Part shown: piece after piece, positions 17,425-24,559 of the stretch
Position numbering within the stretch: the first letter of the stretch is position 1
How the letters are laid out: every line of letters starts with the position of its first letter
Assembly (NCBI GenBank): GCA_028818155.1
Contig: JAPPOH010000016.1
Span: 1 to 32,000 of the forward strand
Origin: Candidatus Woesearchaeota archaeon
Lineage (GTDB): Archaea; Nanobdellota; Nanobdellia; Woesearchaeales; UBA525
Reading direction: 5' to 3'
Length of the DNA: 32,000 nucleotides
Position numbers and translations under genes: made by a program
The notes under the pieces: model-generated
What the model saw: only the letters and a program-made list of their open reading frames with translations
Databases searched by the model: none
What the model was told of the DNA's origin: nothing

Positions 17425-17740
17425 GTTCACGCTGTTTCTCCTTGAGCAAGTCTACAAGCACTGGTTGATTATACGAATAGATATCAGGTATCTCGAACGA
17501 GATGATTCTCTTCTGTAAATACAGTGAGGGAAACATCTCTGCGAGCGCCTTTCGCTGATGCTCTTCCATCACAACGACGAGATCTGCTCGTTGCATATCT
17601 TCTTTTGTTACAAGATTCTCGTAGATACCTTTGTATGAACCACCAAAAAGTTCAGCAGCTGTTCTACTGCGATGTTTTCCTTGATTACAAACAAAGAGGA
17701 TGTGCATACATAGAATGGGAGTGAAGAGGTATTTAAGCAT
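17408..17740 (-). CDS. Low-molecular-weight phosphotyrosine-phosphatase/ArsC-like protein (short, 110 aa)
   Basis: The CX5R(S/T) P-loop is ILFVCNQGKHRSRTAAELF, and a D-loop-like FEIPDIYSY follows. Confidence 0.75.
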   Translation of the reverse strand: MLKYLFTPILCMHILFVCNQGKHRSRTAAELFGGSYKGIYENLVTKEDMQRADLVVVMEEHQRKALAEMFPSLYLQKRIISFEIPDIYSYNQPVLVDLLKEKQRELMTTV

Positions 17741-17761
17741 TCGTTCAAAGTATTGAAGAAG

Positions 17762-17834
17762 CGGCGATCCCTACCTACTAGTCCCGACCTCAATACTGAG
17801 GCATCATTCGTTCGGCAGGACTTACTCGCCGACA
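17762..17834 (-). ncRNA. Candidate structured RNA (imperfect ~70-nt hairpin), either a small RNA or a 5' leader of the phosphatase-like gene
   Basis: Nested complementary segments are 17762-17767/17826-17831 (6 bp), 17780-17784/17818-17822 (5 bp), 17785-17787/17808-17810 (3 bp) and 17788-17792/17797-17801 (5 bp, loop of 4 nt). The element is GC-rich in an otherwise A/T-rich spacer. On the minus strand, ATAAATAG (17855-17862) is centred about 26 nt upstream of the first paired base. The strand assignment rests on that box only. Confidence 0.35.
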
Positions 17835-17854
17835 ATTCTAAGGAAGAAATGCTT

Positions 17855-17862
17855 CTATTTAT
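17855..17862 (-). promoter_or_regulatory. TATA-like box upstream of the structured element
   Basis: ATAAATAG (minus sense) has its centre about 26 nt upstream of 17832, the position just before the first paired base of the hairpin. Confidence 0.4.
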
Positions 17863-17925
17863 GCATTGCGCCCACATGTCCAGTGGAGGCAAAAACTTGT
17901 TAAATGCTGCATCAAGAGAACACTC

Positions 17926-18558
17926 ATGACAATCGACTTCAGCAAGATTAAAACACTCATCGTGGATATGGATAATACACTCTGCGATACGTTCCACACG
18001 TTGAGTAAGCCACAGTGGGGGAAGGTTGAGGAAGCGCTGGAAGCGAAAGGTTGGGGAGCGTATGCTGCTCTCCTAAAGGAAAACTTCGGGAAACATGGGT
18101 TCAAGCACACATTAGAGCATTCTGACATGAGTGAAGAGCAGATTAAGTACGCACTCTCTGTATATGAAAAGGTCGATGTCGCTCCTTTGGAACTATTTGC
18201 TGATGCGCATGATATTTTAGATGTGGATATTCCGAAGATTCTTCTATCGAGAGGCGAGCCAACACATCAGCAGAACAAGATCGAGCACTTGGACCTTGCG
18301 CAGTACTTTGAGAAGATCAGAATCGTCGACACGTTTCACACAAAAACGGATGCGATCAAAGAGATTATTGGTGATAGTGATCCGAAAGCGTTCTTGATCA
18401 TCGGCGATCGGATTGAAGAAGAGATTGCTGATGGGAAACTGTTGGGTATTCCTACAGTTCTCGTACGGAGACCAGACTGGCCGGTCGCGGAATCCGATGT
18501 CGTGCCGGATATGGTGGTGAGTTCGTTGAAGAGTGTGAAGGAGAAACTCAAGCTTTAA
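17926..18558 (+). CDS. HAD-superfamily hydrolase
   Basis: Motif I is LIVDMDNTLCDT (DxDxT) and motif IV is FLIIGDRIEEEI. ATG 17926 lies about 25 nt from TTGTTAAATG (17897-17906). The ORF-track TTG 17866 start is rejected. Confidence 0.8.
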   Translation: MTIDFSKIKTLIVDMDNTLCDTFHTLSKPQWGKVEEALEAKGWGAYAALLKENFGKHGFKHTLEHSDMSEEQIKYALSVYEKVDVAPLELFADAHDILDVDIPKILLSRGEPTHQQNKIEHLDLAQYFEKIRIVDTFHTKTDAIKEIIGDSDPKAFLIIGDRIEEEIADGKLLGIPTVLVRRPDWPVAESDVVPDMVVSSLKSVKEKLKL

Positions 18559-18582
18559 AACAGGTATATGTGTTCTCATCAT

Positions 18583-19650
18583 ATGGTCGAACTCTCCAGC
18601 CTCGATGTACATTTCCTCACGAAGGAACTGCAAACATTTCTCAACGGCAAAGTCGAGAAGATCGTCCAATCTGAGAAGAACAAGAAAGATGTTCTCTTCA
18701 CGATGTACGTCAAGGACATGCCGAAGGTATTCTTACGCTTCTACTTACCAGGATTAATTTGCACGCCAGCAAAAAAGCCACAAACATATCCGCAAGTGCC
18801 TCCAGGCTTCGCGATGTTCCTCAGAAAATACGTGCAAGGAACGAGACTCACGAAAATAGAACAGAAAGGGTTTGACAGAATTATCACCTTCACATTCGAG
18901 CGAAAAGACCACAAAGTAGCGGTTGTTGTTGAGCTCATGAAGCCAGGCAACATGCTTGTGTTAATCGATGGCATCATCAAACAACCATTAGAGAACCAGC
19001 GCTTCAAAGATCGTTCATTACTCGGTAGAAAAGAGTACGAAGCGCCGCCGCCTGCGTTCAATATTCTCGAAGCGAGTGAACAGGCACTCACAGAACGGCT
19101 CGAACAAAGCGAGAAAGACACAATCGTGACGAAACTCGCACTGGATCTCGGTCTTGGCGGCGTATACGCAGAAGAAGTCTGCCACAGGGCAGGTGTTGAG
19201 AAGAAAGCACAGCAAGGAGACAACAAAAAACTCATTGCAGCACTCCATGAGCTATTGAAAGAACAAGCAAACCCATGTGTTGATGAAAAGCGAGCGTATC
19301 CAATCAACATGCAAAGTAAAGAACCAGAACAATATGAAGGCACGTTCGTACAGGCACTCGCACAATTCGTTGATGATACAGAAGTTGTGGAAGATGTCAC
19401 AAAGAAGACAAAGAAAAAAGAGAAAAAACTCGAGAAAATCCAAGAAAAACGAATTGCTGAACTAGAAAAAATCGAGAAAGAATCTCGCGAGAAAGCGGAA
19501 AAGATCTACGAAGAGTATGCGTTCGTGCAAGAACTCCTCGAAACAGTACAAAATGCACGAAAAACAAAGCAAGATCCGAAGGAACTTTTGAAGAAATACA
19601 AGAACGTGAAGTTTATTCCGAAGACGGGAGAGCTTGAGGTAGAGTTCTAA
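18583..19650 (+). CDS. NFACT-N (FbpA/RqcH-type) domain protein, short form
   Basis: The NFACT-N start is LSSLDVHFLTKELQTFLNGKVEKIVQ and the HhH-like segment is LALDLGLGGVYAEEVCHRAGV. A Lys/Glu coiled coil follows. ATG 18583 lies about 26 nt from TTTAAAA (18554-18560). Confidence 0.75.
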   Translation: MVELSSLDVHFLTKELQTFLNGKVEKIVQSEKNKKDVLFTMYVKDMPKVFLRFYLPGLICTPAKKPQTYPQVPPGFAMFLRKYVQGTRLTKIEQKGFDRIITFTFERKDHKVAVVVELMKPGNMLVLIDGIIKQPLENQRFKDRSLLGRKEYEAPPPAFNILEASEQALTERLEQSEKDTIVTKLALDLGLGGVYAEEVCHRAGVEKKAQQGDNKKLIAALHELLKEQANPCVDEKRAYPINMQSKEPEQYEGTFVQALAQFVDDTEVVEDVTKKTKKKEKKLEKIQEKRIAELEKIEKESREKAEKIYEEYAFVQELLETVQNARKTKQDPKELLKKYKNVKFIPKTGELEVEF

Positions 19651-21008
19651 GCAGCGATACGATAATCAGTCTTCACCTTCGCTGCCGCAACTGCTCCGGG
19701 AAGATCACCAGGTCTCGCTTTCGTCGCATCTTTCGGTAGCACAACACCAAAGACAGGACCGCCGGTCTCAAATGCTTGTGTATACAGTGGCTTCCCATGG
19801 TGCACTTCGGAAAAGTATCGCACACTCTTTAACCCGATTCCTGATCCAGATGCGTATGTTTGGCCAATTCCTGTGATGTTGCCTGTGTGCACAAGTTCAG
19901 TAAGGTCTTCGACTGTCAACTCGTGGATTGCAAAGTTCTGTCCTGTTGACCAATCTCTGAATACGCTTGCTGCTCTTGGAGAGAATGCGCTAATTGTTTG
20001 ATCTGCCGCTGCAGCATCTTCTTTGTACATCTTCCGTACTTCGTTCAAGAACCCATCAAGGCACACAGGGCTGCCATTATCTGAGCAAACGATCATGTAA
20101 TGTGTATCAGAAATATCATGCGCACCGATATGGATGCGTGCTCCATCAGGGTGCATGCCTTGGTTCACTTCTGCAAACATTTTTTTGCCTGCATTCTTTG
20201 CGTAGTTGTATGCGATAGCATAGATTGCACCAGGGTTGCCAACGACAGCTTCAAGATCACTATGGTAACTAATGATATTCCTCGCGTTTGTGGTTCTCCC
20301 AGGTCCTGCAACGCCGAATGAATCACTATAGATATTCCCTCTTCCAGCGATAAGTTGTGCAACTGTTTGCAACATCGGCTCAAGTTCCACAGTATCCATT
20401 CTTGGGGTGAGACCATGTTCAAATGCAGCGAGGAACGCTGCTTCTTCCTTCATGAACACAAGGCCTTGGAATGCAGTGTATGGATCTGCTAGCACATGTG
20501 CAGTGAGATCTCTCTTGACATCGACATCTTCCATTCCTGGAACGATTAAAAATTTCATCACGTCACTTAGATCGTCAAGCTGATGCACATCATCATGTCT
20601 AAGAGAATTATACCCTTCTACTCCCAACACTTGTCTATATGCATTCGGGCATATATCCTCTATTCTATCCTCGAGTAAGGTGATCGCTCTTGCAGCTTGC
20701 TCTTCTTGAGATGACAAATGATCGAATGTTTCATTGTATATTCTCATTGACCGAGTAGACGTAGCCCTGGCGATTTTTCCTCTTTTAATCACAGCTTCAT
20801 ATGCCTCATATAACTCAGACTCTCGTGACTCATCTCTTTGGAACGCGTCAACATTCTTTACCCATTCTGCAGCTGGGAATTGTGTTTTGATGGTTTCTGA
20901 GGCAATTTCTAAGAATGCAGCCACGTTCTGCGCTTGCTCTTCTTGAAGTCGTATAAATTCCTCAACTTCTTCTCTGGACGGCATTATCGACGAGAAAGTA
21001 TTTTTCAT
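19647..21008 (-). CDS. Histidine-kinase-like GHKL (Bergerat-fold) ATPase with an uncharacterised ~250-aa N-terminal region
   Basis: The N-box is AIAYNYAKNAGKK, G1 is IVCSDNGSPV and G2 is ASGSGIGLKSV, followed by FETGGPVFGVVLP. A possible H-box is NSLRHDDVHQLDDLSDV. There are no TM segments. Confidence 0.7.
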   Translation of the reverse strand: MKNTFSSIMPSREEVEEFIRLQEEQAQNVAAFLEIASETIKTQFPAAEWVKNVDAFQRDESRESELYEAYEAVIKRGKIARATSTRSMRIYNETFDHLSSQEEQAARAITLLEDRIEDICPNAYRQVLGVEGYNSLRHDDVHQLDDLSDVMKFLIVPGMEDVDVKRDLTAHVLADPYTAFQGLVFMKEEAAFLAAFEHGLTPRMDTVELEPMLQTVAQLIAGRGNIYSDSFGVAGPGRTTNARNIISYHSDLEAVVGNPGAIYAIAYNYAKNAGKKMFAEVNQGMHPDGARIHIGAHDISDTHYMIVCSDNGSPVCLDGFLNEVRKMYKEDAAAADQTISAFSPRAASVFRDWSTGQNFAIHELTVEDLTELVHTGNITGIGQTYASGSGIGLKSVRYFSEVHHGKPLYTQAFETGGPVFGVVLPKDATKARPGDLPGAVAAAKVKTDYRIAA

Positions 21009-21190
21009 TTATAAATCTTTCTATTTTTTACTACTTTTAAGTGATTCTACTCAACTGTCCGATTTTCTCGGACGATTGACTCAGAGCTACATGTATGAAA
21101 CAAATATTTAAAGCACCAGAACGCAAACGATTGCAATGAATTCTTCCTCAACAAAGGGAGAGCTCAGAGAATGTATCTAGAACTGTGAAG

Positions 21191-21523
21191 CTAAAGATTT
21201 GCGCGTTGAAAAGCAGCTTCTATCTGGTTCCCGAACTCAACTTGAGGAGGTGCTTGAGCTCTTTCAGTCATCAGTCTATCTAGTAAGCTACAGGACTTCC
21301 TTGGAATATCCAGAAGATCCGAATCCCAAACAGAGACACCTTGTTCATGCGCTGCAAGTAAACTTTCAGCACCTTTCGTGATTTTTCTTCGTATACCTTC
21401 TAAATTAAAATGCAACCCAGTGTATTCAGATCGATACTCTGGTCCTAGCGTATTAACAGCATTTACATAAGCGTCAGACAGCCAATGCCGTGATTCCTCC
21501 GGAGCAAAACCTGTGATCATCAT
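21191..21523 (-). CDS. Hypothetical protein (110 aa)
   Basis: The internal ATG at 21523/21520 lies about 21-24 nt from the palindromic AATTTAAG box (21540-21547), which it shares with the divergent methyltransferase gene. The longer ORF-track version overlaps that gene. Confidence 0.4.
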   Translation of the reverse strand: MMITGFAPEESRHWLSDAYVNAVNTLGPEYRSEYTGLHFNLEGIRRKITKGAESLLAAHEQGVSVWDSDLLDIPRKSCSLLDRLMTERAQAPPQVEFGNQIEAAFQRANL

Positions 21524-21539
21524 CTCAGGAACCCATAAG

Positions 21540-21547
21540 AATTTAAG
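21540..21547. promoter_or_regulatory. Shared bidirectional TATA element
   Basis: The palindromic AATTTAAG lies 26 nt from ATG 21570 (plus strand) and about 21-24 nt from ATG 21523/21520 (minus strand). Confidence 0.45.
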
Positions 21548-21569
21548 AACCTTTGTACAACAAAGGTGC

Positions 21570-22418
21570 ATGTCCGAATTCTTCCTCAAACGGTACAGAG
21601 AGATCGATCCAACAGTTGAACTGATAGACCCGAGCACGATCAAGCGAGCACTCAGAATCACAAAACAAGCAAAACCAGAACAGCTCAAGATGCAGCTCAG
21701 AAAAAAAAGCACGAGATTCACAAAAGGCTGCAACATCGAAAAAATCCCATTCCTCAAGAACGGCTACTACTACGAAGCAGAATACTCATTAGGCGCAACA
21801 CCAGAATACCTCTTAGGACAATACTACCTCCAAGGACCTCTCTCACAGTTAACGTGCGAGATCCTTAAACCAGACGGTCCAACATTGGATATGGCAGCAG
21901 CACCTGGCGGCAAAACGTGTTATTTAGCAGAAATGGCACCACACGTCGTTGCATTAGATAATAACGCAAAAAGACTAGCAACGGTCAGAAACAACGCAGA
22001 GCGCTTAGGACTCACAAACGTCATCTGCGTGAAAAAAGATGCACGCTTCGCAACAGACCTCAAAGAAACATTCCCATTCGTGCTCTTAGACGCGCCGTGT
22101 TCTGGCAACTATTGCTCAGAAGAAGGATGGTTTAGCAAACGAACCATCGAAGACATCAAGAAAAACGCGAGATTACAGCGAGAACTCCTCAAAGCGGCAT
22201 ACAAGTGCCTCACGAAAGGAGGAAAACTCCTCTATAGCACCTGCTCGTTAGAGCCGGAAGAAGACGAAGAGATGATCAAATGGTTTCTTAACAGATACGA
22301 GGACATGAAATTAATAAAACTCAACACAATCGGCGATGATACAGACCTCGGAAGTCGATTCTGGCCACACAAAACTAATTGTGAGGGATTCTTTCTGGCT
22401 CTAATTCATAAGTCTTGA
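21570..22418 (+). CDS. NOL1/NOP2/Sun-family RNA (cytosine-5) methyltransferase
   Basis: LDMAAAPGGKTCYLAE (SAM motif I), VLLDAPCSGN (motif IV Cys) and LLYSTCSLEPEEDE (motif VI Cys) are present. ATG 21570 lies 26 nt from AATTTAAG. Confidence 0.9.
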   Translation: MSEFFLKRYREIDPTVELIDPSTIKRALRITKQAKPEQLKMQLRKKSTRFTKGCNIEKIPFLKNGYYYEAEYSLGATPEYLLGQYYLQGPLSQLTCEILKPDGPTLDMAAAPGGKTCYLAEMAPHVVALDNNAKRLATVRNNAERLGLTNVICVKKDARFATDLKETFPFVLLDAPCSGNYCSEEGWFSKRTIEDIKKNARLQRELLKAAYKCLTKGGKLLYSTCSLEPEEDEEMIKWFLNRYEDMKLIKLNTIGDDTDLGSRFWPHKTNCEGFFLALIHKS

Positions 22419-23001
22419 CATCAGATTCTCTACCAGGTGGATGTGATGGTAATTTCGCTCCTGGTAACGCTTGTGCAGCATATTGCCTATGTAGAACTTC
22501 CGAACGATCGCCAGACGGAGTAATATTTCTACCTACTACAGTAAAATCACGGATAATAAACGGCTCTTCGAATGTTCGTACTGTTCCAATGTCCTCTCCT
22601 GTAACGGTATAAACAATTTTCTTAACGCCAAATCCTCGGGTACGGTCGCACGCATTCAGTGCCGGCATGGTGCTGATGGAAACGCGTTCTATACTGCCAT
22701 CACCATCAATATCAAGCTCCTTCACAACATACGGGTTATCCTCATATACTTCTCGCTCTGCAGGGGTCATACTAGCAAGAATTTTCCGGAATTTTCGAGG
22801 TTTGCATCCAGGAGTATTGCTTCCTGCACCTGAGAGGTATCTTGCGAATCGTCGTATTGAGGAATATATGCCAATACCAACCTTGGGTTTTCCAGCGAAA
22901 TCTCCAACATATGGGTGAACAGATATTTTTTCCTTCCCAAACACAGGTGGCGCAAGAAGTGTTAACGCGAGCAACGCTATATTCAACCCCCTGTGTCTCA
23001 T
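22375..23001 (-). CDS. Secreted hypothetical protein with a Ca-binding-like DxDxDG loop
   Basis: The signal peptide is MRHRGLNIALLALTLLAPPVFG and the loop is DIDGDGSIE. The 3' end overlaps the convergent methyltransferase gene by 44 nt. Confidence 0.65.
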   Translation of the reverse strand: MRHRGLNIALLALTLLAPPVFGKEKISVHPYVGDFAGKPKVGIGIYSSIRRFARYLSGAGSNTPGCKPRKFRKILASMTPAEREVYEDNPYVVKELDIDGDGSIERVSISTMPALNACDRTRGFGVKKIVYTVTGEDIGTVRTFEEPFIIRDFTVVGRNITPSGDRSEVLHRQYAAQALPGAKLPSHPPGRESDVKTYELEPERIPHN

Positions 23002-23086
23002 ACTAGCGTTTTATTGGTTATATTCTTTTATATATTCCGACAAGAATCTATAATATTCTTTGCAATCTTCAAAGAAATGGTCTTGA

Positions 23087-23455
23087 CTACTGTACCCAGG
23101 CAACATTCGGGAATTCTTTGAACTCTTTATCTCCTGTAAGAAAAAGCAATCCACGCTCTTGCGCCGTGAGGTATCCAATGCAATCTACAAACGAAATATG
23201 CTGTCTTCTGAATTTTTTCCGAAGCATACTTGCGCTTTTTATCGTCTCATTATCTGGCTCTTTGCAAAAGCGAAGAAACCAGTCATACGCTTGATCAGCT
23301 TGTTCTTTCGTTTTGCTCCGCAATAATGCATGGTGCAGCTCCATAAGGTTTAGTTTTGTCGTGATGAATGGAACATTTTGATATTCTTTGTATGAGTGTT
23401 TTCCTTGCACTATCTCGACGAGTGCGTACGTATCGAAAAAGTATCCTACTTCCAT
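23087..23455 (-). CDS. vapC: PIN-domain toxin (VapC-like)
   Basis: Acidic PIN residues appear in YFFDTYALVEI, LMELHH, FVDCIGYLTA and LTGDKEF. It overlaps the upstream antitoxin gene by 10 nt. Confidence 0.85.
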   Translation of the reverse strand: MEVGYFFDTYALVEIVQGKHSYKEYQNVPFITTKLNLMELHHALLRSKTKEQADQAYDWFLRFCKEPDNETIKSASMLRKKFRRQHISFVDCIGYLTAQERGLLFLTGDKEFKEFPNVAWVQ

Positions 23456-23655
23456 CCTTTCCTCGCAAAATCTTTCAATTCTTGCGCGGTTCCATCTAGT
23501 TGCAGTGAACCAAAAATCTCACCTAAATCAACAGGCTCAATAAACTCAACGACAATCTTGTCGTTCTCTTTGAACGAACGATCTCGCACGATCTCATCTG
23601 GAATAACGAGACCAAGATGCTTCCCTATTTTTTTGAGTTGTACTTCCACTGACAT
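23446..23655 (-). CDS. vapB: AbrB/SpoVT-fold antitoxin (VapB-like)
   Basis: The 69-aa product begins MSVEVQLKKIGKHLGLVIPDEIV, a swapped-hairpin motif. TATTTATA (23678-23685, minus sense) lies 26 nt upstream of the ATG. Confidence 0.8.
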   Translation of the reverse strand: MSVEVQLKKIGKHLGLVIPDEIVRDRSFKENDKIVVEFIEPVDLGEIFGSLQLDGTAQELKDFARKGWK

Positions 23656-23731
23656 GCCTCTTTATGAACCATTCTACTATAAATACTGTTCTTTTTAATT
23701 GAGTGTCGGTCAAAAACCCGGAAGATTTCCG

Positions 23732-23738
23732 AAAAAAT
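23732..23738 (-). terminator. Oligo-U tract immediately 3' of the RNase P RNA
   Basis: The minus strand reads ...CGACC-AUUUUUU directly after P1, consistent with archaeal oligo-T termination. Confidence 0.45.
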
Positions 23739-24034
23739 GGTCGGGCGCCGGTAAGCCTGGTTCTGTGCCGTGCCGTGTTCGGACCACGGTGTCGACATTT
23801 AACTGAGCGGCTCGAAGCCTTGCACCAGCCCGGTCGGTCGTTTCATCCACCCGCTACAGACGTCAACGCATCGGGCCCCGTCACCAGGGCTTGTGGCGTA
23901 TCATTCCATTGCAGCGTCGGTTCGTTACTGTCCGTTCGTTGCCATCAGGTTTCCCCGATCTCACTTTCGCGAGCAGCCGTCGCGGAGCCAGGACTTTCCT
24001 CACCCGAAGGCGATAGTCGACTCGGCGCCCTACC
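23739..24034 (-). ncRNA. rnpB: RNase P RNA, archaeal type A
   Basis: On the minus strand, CR-I GAGGAAAGUCC is at 24001-23991 and CR-IV/V ACAGAACCAGGCUUAC is at 23766-23751. P1 pairs GGUAGGGCGCCG (24034-24023) with CGGCGCCCGACC (23750-23739). The region is GC-rich with no credible ORF. The ends are approximate, within a few nt. Confidence 0.9.
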
Positions 24035-24058
24035 GGGAGAAGGAAGCACTACACTCCT

Positions 24059-24066
24059 CTTAAAAT
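24059..24066 (-). promoter_or_regulatory. TATA box for the RNase P RNA
   Basis: TTTTAAGA (minus sense) is centred about 26-28 nt upstream of the P1 5' strand (24034). Confidence 0.5.
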
Positions 24067-24107
24067 GCTCGGAAGCTATTTAAAGCAATGAATGTTACCA
24101 CTCGAAA

Positions 24108-24533
24108 ATGCACGAAACTGTGAGCGTTCTAGATGCGTATGAAGGACAAGCAGTATACCCTGTAGATTTTGGCAGATGCCGTGGCTTCGCATCTCTTGAT
24201 ATTCTTGGAGATATGGAAACAGCTGAAAGATCACTCAAGTGTTCACAACTTGAGATCGAAAACTATTTTGGTTCCGCTCTCATAGGTGCCCGCTACGAAA
24301 TTACTGACGCGGCGCTTTATTCTCGTAGTGCAGATAAAGATTTTTCTTCTCGATGGGAAAAACTTCGATTTGACGGCGAACGTGGAGAGGCATTCCTTTT
24401 CATACCAAGAAAAGAAGTGCAAACTCTTCGGTCAGTACTTGGAGTAAGCACAGAAAATCGATATCCGCCTGCTAAACTGATTCTAAGAGGTGGAAAAGCT
24501 CACGGATTCAGTGCAACTGACCCATCAACTTAA
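24108..24533 (+). CDS. Hypothetical protein (141 aa)
   Basis: ATG 24108 lies 27 nt downstream of CTATTTAAAG (24076-24085). The stop overlaps the TATA box of ppcA. I recognise no motif. Confidence 0.55.
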   Translation: MHETVSVLDAYEGQAVYPVDFGRCRGFASLDILGDMETAERSLKCSQLEIENYFGSALIGARYEITDAALYSRSADKDFSSRWEKLRFDGERGEAFLFIPRKEVQTLRSVLGVSTENRYPPAKLILRGGKAHGFSATDPST

Positions 24534-24559
24534 TATACCACTGCTTCATCCACGAGAAC

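Noticed and set aside
17762-17834. Whether the structured element is a tRNA or split-tRNA half, 5S rRNA, fluoride (crcB) riboswitch, C/D sRNA or H/ACA sRNA
   Set aside because: There is no T-loop (GTTCRAAT) or D-arm on either strand, and the apical loop is 4 nt rather than 7. The element is too short for 5S, and the region 5' of its CCGAAC-like segment is about half the required length.

It resembles the crcB 3' segment (AUGAUGCCUCA) but lacks the P3 hairpin and the pseudoknot partner. No C-box plus D-box pair is present.

On the plus strand an ACA follows the basal stem directly, but the internal loops are strongly asymmetric (12/3 and 3/16 nt) and the ACA-to-pocket spacing does not fit the ~14-15 nt rule. 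I kept it only as an unclassified candidate.
18741-19400. 219-aa minus-strand ORF (Ser/Cys/Phe-rich)
   Set aside because: It is antisense to the NFACT-N gene and has the composition of a shadow ORF. The same reasoning applies to 27680-28153, 30558-30980, 9674-10003, 12551-13105, 25300-25692 and the other short antisense ORFs in the track.
21524-21757. N-terminal 78 codons of the 188-aa minus-strand ORF (21191-21757)
   Set aside because: This part overlaps the well-supported NOL1/NOP2/Sun gene and its promoter, and it is Cys/Leu/Ser/Phe-rich. An internal ATG at 21523 with a properly spaced TATA box explains the remainder.
23703-24083. 126-aa plus-strand ORF rich in Arg, Pro, Gly and Ser
   Set aside because: It lies entirely over the GC-rich RNase P RNA gene on the opposite strand. 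The composition is typical of a spurious ORF in structured-RNA DNA, and no TATA box sits at the right distance.
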